A DNA stretch of 64,000 bases from an uncultured Gammaproteobacteria bacterium (lineage in GTDB: Bacteria > Patescibacteriota > Microgenomatia > Daviesbacterales > UBA10151): assembly GCA_964387865.1 (NCBI GenBank), contig CAYLXC010000002.1, positions 18,676 to 82,675 of the forward strand. The letters are read 5' to 3'. Shown one piece after another: positions 58,602 to 64,000 of this stretch. The notes beneath the pieces are model-generated. The model was not told the origin of the DNA, did not search any database, and worked only from the letters and a program-made list of their open reading frames with translations. Position numbers and translations under genes: made by a program. Position 1 is the stretch's first letter, and each line of letters begins with the position of its first letter.

Positions 58602-59752
58602 GGATTGCAGTAGATGGATATGAAGCAAATGTACCACAAAGGCTTGGATCATCACTCGTGGGATTTGAGTTAATTAGAAATTTTGAGAGGATTGATAAAA
58701 AGAATGAGTTCACAATTTTGTTACCAAGTAAGCCCCTGGATGATTTTCCTAAAGAAAGAAGTGGGTGGGAATATAAAATATTAAAGCCAAAAAGGTTTTG
58801 GACAAGGATTGCCTTGCCATTTTCTCTCTATACAATTAAAAGGAAACCAGATTTAATTTTCTCTCCTACTCACTATATTCCCAGATTTTCTCCAGTCAAT
58901 AGAGTTGTAACTATCTTCGATTTATCTTTTTTGCACTTTCCTGAAATGTTTAATGCTAAAGATTTATGGCAGCTAAGAAATTGGACGAAGTTTTCTGCCG
59001 AAAATGCGGATCACATTATTACAATTTCTAAATTTTCAAAACAGGATATTATCGAGCAATATAGTGTGGATAAAAAAAATATAACAGTTGCTTATCCAGG
59101 ATATGATGAGGAAAAATTCAAAGTTCAAAATGTTTCAGAAGAAACTGCCTTCGGCAGGACAAAATTCAAAATTGAAGAAACAAAAAGGAAGTACAAAATA
59201 GGTGATAACTATATCATATATGTAGGAACCATACAGCCTAGGAAAAATCTAATAAGGTTGATTGAGGCAGTTTCCAGAATTGAAAATATAAGACTAATTA
59301 TTGTAGGGAAGACTAAAGGGGAAGGTAAAGAGGGATGGATGTTTCAAGAAACACTGGATGCACCTAAGAGATTGGGTATTGAGGATAGGGTAATCTTTAC
59401 AGGCTACGTTCCATCAGAAGATTTACCTTATCTTTTACAAGCGGCTCAAGCTTTCATCTTACCTTCTCTTTGGGAGGGATTTGGTATTCCGGTTTTGGAG
59501 GCAATGGCTTGCGGAGTACCGGTTTTAGCTTCCAATGTTTCATCACTTCCTGAAGTTTGTGGAAACGCAGGATTAACTTTTGATCCGTATTCAGTTGATC
59601 AAATTGAGCAGGCAATAAGAACAATAATTTCTGATAAAAAATTGGCGAATAAATTGTCCAAACAAGGATTAAAGCAAGCCAAAAAATTTTCCTGGGAAAA
59701 AATGGCTAAAACGGTTTTAAAAGTATTTGAGAAAGTGGTTTCAAAGTCATAA
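58598..59752 (+). CDS. Glycosyltransferase family 4 (MtfB-like)
   Basis: [39 protein letters not shown]. Confidence 0.92.
   Translation: MRIAVDGYEANVPQRLGSSLVGFELIRNFERIDKKNEFTILLPSKPLDDFPKERSGWEYKILKPKRFWTRIALPFSLYTIKRKPDLIFSPTHYIPRFSPVNRVVTIFDLSFLHFPEMFNAKDLWQLRNWTKFSAENADHIITISKFSKQDIIEQYSVDKKNITVAYPGYDEEKFKVQNVSEETAFGRTKFKIEETKRKYKIGDNYIIYVGTIQPRKNLIRLIEAVSRIENIRLIIVGKTKGEGKEGWMFQETLDAPKRLGIEDRVIFTGYVPSEDLPYLLQAAQAFILPSLWEGFGIPVLEAMACGVPVLASNVSSLPEVCGNAGLTFDPYSVDQIEQAIRTIISDKKLANKLSKQGLKQAKKFSWEKMAKTVLKVFEKVVSKS
59114..59174 (+). repeat. 7-nt repeat tract interrupted by a double mini-hairpin
   Basis: aaattca aagttca aaat-GTTTC agaa GAAAC / CTGCC ttc GGCAG-gac aaaattc aaaattg. The two stems share the C at 59145. 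Confidence 0.5.
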
Positions 59753-59773
59753 ACTCGTTATAATAAGCTTAAT

Positions 59774-60376
59774 ATGGCTATTTTTCATGACAAAATGGGC
59801 AGGGAATTGACTACCCGAGAGGCTTTTAGAAAAATTACAAACAGGATTTATAATGTTGTTTTAGATTTAGAAGTTATGATGCTTAGATGGGTCGGGCATA
59901 TCCCGTTTCATTCTATAAGAAATCTAATTTACAAACTGGACGGAGTAAAAATTGGTAAGGGATCAACTATTCACATGTGGGCAAATTTTTTTTATACACT
60001 AAATATTCAGATTGGAGAGGATTCAATAATTGGTGATCATGTTTTTTTAGATGGAAGAGACAAATTAAAAATTGGTGATCATGTTGATGTTGCATCTGAT
60101 GTAATGATTTATAACAGTGAGCATGATATTAATTCTGAGGATTTTCATGCTACTTTGGCTCCTGTTGAAATAGGAGATTATGTTTTTATTGGGCCCAGGG
60201 CAATCATTTTGCCTGGAGTAAAAATTGGAAAAGGGGCGGTAGTTGGAGCCGGAGCTGTTGTTACAAAAGATGTGCCTGAGTTTGCAATAGTCGGTGGAGT
60301 CCCAGCACAAGTGATAGGTGAGAGGAAGTTGAAAAATCCACATTATAAGTTGGGTAGAGCCAGACTCTTTCAATAA
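59774..60376 (+). CDS. Hexapeptide-repeat (LbH) O-acetyltransferase
   Basis: IGKGSTI/IGEDSII/IGDHVDV repeats, PVEIGDYVFIG, GAGAVVTKDV, GGVPA. Confidence 0.9.
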   Translation: MAIFHDKMGRELTTREAFRKITNRIYNVVLDLEVMMLRWVGHIPFHSIRNLIYKLDGVKIGKGSTIHMWANFFYTLNIQIGEDSIIGDHVFLDGRDKLKIGDHVDVASDVMIYNSEHDINSEDFHATLAPVEIGDYVFIGPRAIILPGVKIGKGAVVGAGAVVTKDVPEFAIVGGVPAQVIGERKLKNPHYKLGRARLFQ

Positions 60377-60389
60377 AAATTAAAATTGT

Positions 60390-60410
60390 TTGGAATTTGT
60401 TATTTGGAAT
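60390..60410 (+). repeat. Intergenic degenerate 7-nt repeat x3
   Basis: ttggaat ttgttat ttggaat. Confidence 0.4.
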
Positions 60411-60413
60411 TTT

Positions 60414-60965
60414 ATGAAAATAGTTTATGTATTTTTTTCATTATTATTGCTAATTTACATGCTTTGGCCCGGACCTAACCATATTTCACAGTTTCCTCCT
60501 TTGCCATCTTCAGAAAAATCGACACTTGAGGGGGATACAATACAAATTCCAAATGTTGCAGCATACTTTTCTGATAATTTTAGAGAATTTGTTTTGTCCT
60601 TTTATTCTACTTCTTATAAAAATTTAACTAAATTACCCTTTCCTCCGCTAAAGCTAAACCATCCTCCGGAATATTCCTGGATAGCAATTAAAAGACACAC
60701 AGATTCAACTTATATAGAAGAGCTGATATATCCTTTAAGAGATTCTTTGTATGTGAACGGATTTGAGCCTCTTTACTCTGACGGTATGCCCAAATGGTGG
60801 GGGGCTTCAAAGTTTGAAGTTGGTGGGCAACAATACTTTACAAAAACAACCCTGAGATTTTATCCATCACCTATTTGGGCAAGATTCGTTGTTTGGTTAG
60901 GCATTATTTTATCAACTTTTTTGCTTTTTAAATTAGGTAAGGAAATTCTTGGAGTAAATAAATGA
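60414..60965 (+). CDS. Hypothetical membrane protein with N- and C-terminal TM and a Pro-rich loop
   Basis: 183 aa with hydrophobic ends. Overlaps the start of the downstream Wzy_C gene. Confidence 0.7.
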   Translation: MKIVYVFFSLLLLIYMLWPGPNHISQFPPLPSSEKSTLEGDTIQIPNVAAYFSDNFREFVLSFYSTSYKNLTKLPFPPLKLNHPPEYSWIAIKRHTDSTYIEELIYPLRDSLYVNGFEPLYSDGMPKWWGASKFEVGGQQYFTKTTLRFYPSPIWARFVVWLGIILSTFLLFKLGKEILGVNK

Positions 60966-62383
60966 AAAGTTTTATTAATATTTTTGAGAAAGCCTTATTT
61001 TTTTCAACCCTTTTTATTTTTGCTTTTATTCCTTTATACCCAAAATTTCCCCTACTAAACATAACTGGCACATTTGTTGCAATAAGGCTAGAAGATGTTT
61101 TAATTGCAACAGTTATAGGTACTTGGGGAATATATTTATCTCTTACGGGCCAACTAAAAGTTTTTTTTAAGGACAGACTTAATCAATCTCTCGTACTATT
61201 TTTTTTGATAGGCCTTTTGTCAATTTTTTCAGCAAATTTTGTTACTCATTCAGCTTCAGCAAATTTAAGTTTACTTCATTGGGCAAGAAGGGTTGAGTTT
61301 ATGTTGCTGCTTCCTGTAGTTGCGTCTGTAGTTAGAAATAGAAGACAGCTAATGACTGTTTTAATAAGTCTAGCTTTGGTTTTATTAGTTGTAAATATTT
61401 ATGCTTTAGGTCAACAGTACTTAAAGTGGCCTGTTATTTCAACTACTAATTCTGAGTTCTCAAAGGGGTTAATTTTATATCTTACGCCGGGGGCTAGAGT
61501 TAACTCCACTTTTGCAGGGCACTATGATTTGGCGGTATTTTTGGCAATGGCGGTTGTACTGTTGTCATCAATCTTTTTTGCGTTCAGAAATATTTTTATA
61601 AAGACGTTGGTTGGTTTCTTATCCATTATTTCATTTTGGGTTTTAATAATGACAGCTGCAAGACTTTCATTTGTGGCAGCGGTTTTTGGGATTTTAGCAA
61701 CGTTAATTTTACTGGGTAAGAAAAAATTTATTTTAATCTTTTTTCTCATTATTGTGTTAGTACTTTCGTATCCTTCTCAGTTGAGGGACAGATTGATCTC
61801 AACAGTAACAGTAAATATTTTAAATATGGGTCAAAGATATGAAGGACAAACAGAGGATCAAAAAATAAGAAACAAACTCAATATTCCAACTGTTGCGATA
61901 AAAACTTCATCAAAGTCAGCTGATGCTGCTTTCTTTGCAGCGGCTTCTTCTGGGTCTGCATCAGATATTGCACCAGGTGAGCCTCTTGATACAACTCAGT
62001 TAGGAGTCTATAGATCTTTTGAAATAAGGTTAAATGTTGAGTGGCCCCGTGCAATTAATGCTTTTTTGAAGAATCCGCTTCTGGGAACTGGTTATTCCTC
62101 AATAGATATAGCAACAGATAATGATTTCTTAAGGTCGTTTGGGGAAATTGGATTACTCGGAACCTGTGCTTTTGGTTTAGTGTTAATTGAGTCTATGAAA
62201 AGAATTTATATTACATTTAAAAAAAGTGATAAGTTCATTAAAGCTTTTTCTGCTGGAATTTTTGCAATGATCTTGGCGTTTTTATTAAATGGATTTTTTA
62301 TTGATGTGTTTGAGGCATCCAAGGTTGCGTCACTTTTTTGGATGATGTTAGGACTTGGTTTGGCAACAAGTAAGTTTAGATAA
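60962..62383 (+). CDS. O-antigen ligase/polymerase-like (Wzy_C domain) membrane protein
   Basis: RVNSTFAGHYDL, TAARLS, R..VEWPRAINAFLKNPLLGTG, DNDFLRSFGEIGLLG. Confidence 0.82.
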   Translation: MKSFINIFEKALFFSTLFIFAFIPLYPKFPLLNITGTFVAIRLEDVLIATVIGTWGIYLSLTGQLKVFFKDRLNQSLVLFFLIGLLSIFSANFVTHSASANLSLLHWARRVEFMLLLPVVASVVRNRRQLMTVLISLALVLLVVNIYALGQQYLKWPVISTTNSEFSKGLILYLTPGARVNSTFAGHYDLAVFLAMAVVLLSSIFFAFRNIFIKTLVGFLSIISFWVLIMTAARLSFVAAVFGILATLILLGKKKFILIFFLIIVLVLSYPSQLRDRLISTVTVNILNMGQRYEGQTEDQKIRNKLNIPTVAIKTSSKSADAAFFAAASSGSASDIAPGEPLDTTQLGVYRSFEIRLNVEWPRAINAFLKNPLLGTGYSSIDIATDNDFLRSFGEIGLLGTCAFGLVLIESMKRIYITFKKSDKFIKAFSAGIFAMILAFLLNGFFIDVFEASKVASLFWMMLGLGLATSKFR

Positions 62384-62385
62384 AA

Positions 62386-63849
62386 ATGCTTAAGATTTTA
62401 TTTAATCAATATTTTTGGTTGGGTGTAATTTTACTTATGGCCTTTTTGGTAAGGCTATATAAAATTGATGCACCAATAGCGGATTGGCATTCCTGGAGGC
62501 AAGCTGATACTGCAGCTGTAACAAGGAATTTTATTAAGACGGGATTTAATCCTTTTTTACCAAAATTTGATGATATGTCCGGAATTGCGGAAAACCCTTT
62601 AATAAACCTTAACCATTTAAGATTTGTAGAATTTCCAACTTATAACATAGCAGTCTATCCATTTTATCTATTAATTGGAGTTAATGAAGTTTATCATAGG
62701 TTGGTTTCGTTACTTTTTTCATTAGGTAGTATTATTTTTGTTTTCTTGATTGCGAAAAGATATTTAGGTGTAGTTACTACCTTACTCTCTGCATTAATAT
62801 TTGCATTACTTCCATTCAATGTATTTTTCTCAAGAACTACCTTACCAGAACCCACGTTTATCTTTTTTGCTTTAGGGATGGTTTATTTTGTTGATAGATG
62901 GATATGGGAGGGCAGGAGAATTTGGGGAATATGGGGATTTGTATTTACAACTGCTTCTTTTTTAGTAAAACCCTGGGCAATATTTTTTGTTCCACCGCTT
63001 GTTTACTCTGCCATAAAAAAAGAAGGGATAGGAGAAAGTTTGAAGTATTTATTTTTTTTTATCGCTGCACTTTTGCCTTTTATTTTTTGGAGGCTTTGGA
63101 TCCTGCAACAACCAGAAGGGATACCTGCCTCAAACTGGCTACTTAATGGCGATGGGATAAGGTTTCGACCTGCATTTTTCTGGTGGATTATTTCAGAAAG
63201 ACTAGGAAGAGAAATACTTGGTACAACAGGTTTAGTATTAGCTTTTATAGGGATTATTGCTAAATTGGAGAGTCGAAGTCTTTTTTTTCACATATGGTTG
63301 TTGTCAATGGGTGCATATTTAATTATTCTTGCAACTGGAAATGTTACGCATAATTATTATCAACTAATGATTATTCCAATACTTTCTATATTTTTAGCAA
63401 GGGGATTTGTATACTTATTTAAAGGAAATAAAGATTTTATTCCAAGAATTTGGACTGTCCCTTTGGCGATATTTTTGCTATTGTCGAGTTTTTATTTTAC
63501 TTACAAAATTGATAAAGAATTTTATAAAATAAATAATCCTCAAATTGTGGAGGCAGGCAAAATGGCAGATCGGATCTTGCCAAAAGATGCTGTGGTTTTG
63601 GCCCCATACAATGGGGATACGGCCTTTTTGTATCAATTGAACCGTCCAGGATTTCCTAATGCTCCACTTCCTCTTAAACAATTGGTTTCAGATTATAGTG
63701 TGACACATTATGTTTCAGTAAATTTCGATGAAAAAACTAACTGGGTTAAGCGACATTTTGAGATAATATTTGAAAATGAAAAATTTGTGATTGCGGATTT
63801 AACAAAAATTAAAAGTCCTCTTGATGATATTTTAGATGCCGAGCCTTAA
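62386..63849 (+). CDS. ArnT/PMT_2-like GT-C membrane glycosyltransferase
   Basis: DWHSWRQADTAAVTRNF, EFPTY, FSRTTLPE, LVKP, HNYYQ. Confidence 0.8.
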   Translation: MLKILFNQYFWLGVILLMAFLVRLYKIDAPIADWHSWRQADTAAVTRNFIKTGFNPFLPKFDDMSGIAENPLINLNHLRFVEFPTYNIAVYPFYLLIGVNEVYHRLVSLLFSLGSIIFVFLIAKRYLGVVTTLLSALIFALLPFNVFFSRTTLPEPTFIFFALGMVYFVDRWIWEGRRIWGIWGFVFTTASFLVKPWAIFFVPPLVYSAIKKEGIGESLKYLFFFIAALLPFIFWRLWILQQPEGIPASNWLLNGDGIRFRPAFFWWIISERLGREILGTTGLVLAFIGIIAKLESRSLFFHIWLLSMGAYLIILATGNVTHNYYQLMIIPILSIFLARGFVYLFKGNKDFIPRIWTVPLAIFLLLSSFYFTYKIDKEFYKINNPQIVEAGKMADRILPKDAVVLAPYNGDTAFLYQLNRPGFPNAPLPLKQLVSDYSVTHYVSVNFDEKTNWVKRHFEIIFENEKFVIADLTKIKSPLDDILDAEP

Positions 63850-63854
63850 ATACA

Positions 63855-64000
63855 ATGAGAGTACTGATGTTAACACCTTATCTGCCATACCCACTCTTAA
63901 CTGGTGGACAAACTAGGTCTTATAATCTTATTAAAAGGTTATCTCAACTGGGTCATAAGATTACATTATTCTGTTTAGTTAAAGATGGAAATGAAAAAAA
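63855..64000 (+). CDS. 3'-truncated glycosyltransferase family 4 (N-terminus)
   Basis: Manual translation MRVLMLTPYLPYPLLTGGQTRSYNLIKRLSQLGHKITLFCLV..., open to the window end. Confidence 0.75.
   Translation, partial: MRVLMLTPYLPYPLLTGGQTRSYNLIKRLSQLGHKITLFCLVKDGNEK

Noticed and set aside
59145-59157. CTGCC-TTC-GGCAG as an intrinsic terminator
   Set aside because: Only a 5-bp stem, in mid-CDS, with no U-tract on the coding strand.
2762-63681. About 35 short (60-113 aa) ORFs in the track lying antisense or out of frame within longer genes
   Set aside because: They overlap well-supported CDSs and show no recognisable motifs, so they are treated as shadow ORFs.
1-64000. CRISPR array, rRNA/tRNA, transposase, integrase, phage or defence genes
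   Set aside because: No regularly spaced repeats, no intergenic space long enough for structured RNAs, and no matching protein motifs seen.

Overview
AT-rich (roughly 30% GC by eye), almost gap-free bacterial DNA. The whole 64 kb is one surface-glycosylation locus of about 52 genes. I saw no rRNA, tRNA, CRISPR, transposase or phage genes. Gene content and sequence style suggest a Patescibacteria/CPR (Microgenomates-like) genome, which is inference only. The locus has four parts. (i) A nucleotide-sugar block at 9.8-21.3 kb: transaldolase, SIS isomerase, GHMP kinase, GmhB phosphatase, nucleotidyltransferase, epimerase, Gfo/Idh/MocA oxidoreductase, a Cys-less UDP-Glc-dehydrogenase homologue, an SDR, a His-type PLP dehydrase and RmlD. 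Its family make-up matches the lincomycin GDP-octose pathway, so it may make a higher-carbon (C7/C8) deoxy-sugar. (ii) A dehydrogenase/epimerase/sugar C-methyltransferase trio. (iii) About 15 polytopic GT-C-type membrane proteins: 5 AftD/YfhO-like paralogues, 6 paralogues of a second family I cannot name, and 4 ArnT/PMT-like. They are accompanied by 4 polyprenol-phosphate-sugar synthase-like GT2s and small membrane proteins directly behind the AftD-like genes. (iv) GT2/GT4 enzymes, 7 methyltransferases, a flippase, an acetyltransferase and a Wzy_C protein. Finer signals are -10 boxes 6 nt upstream of ATGs (leaderless-type), overlapping convergent gene ends, and 7-/9-mer microrepeats and mini-hairpins inside genes. 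All family calls are from motif recognition by eye; no database searches were run.
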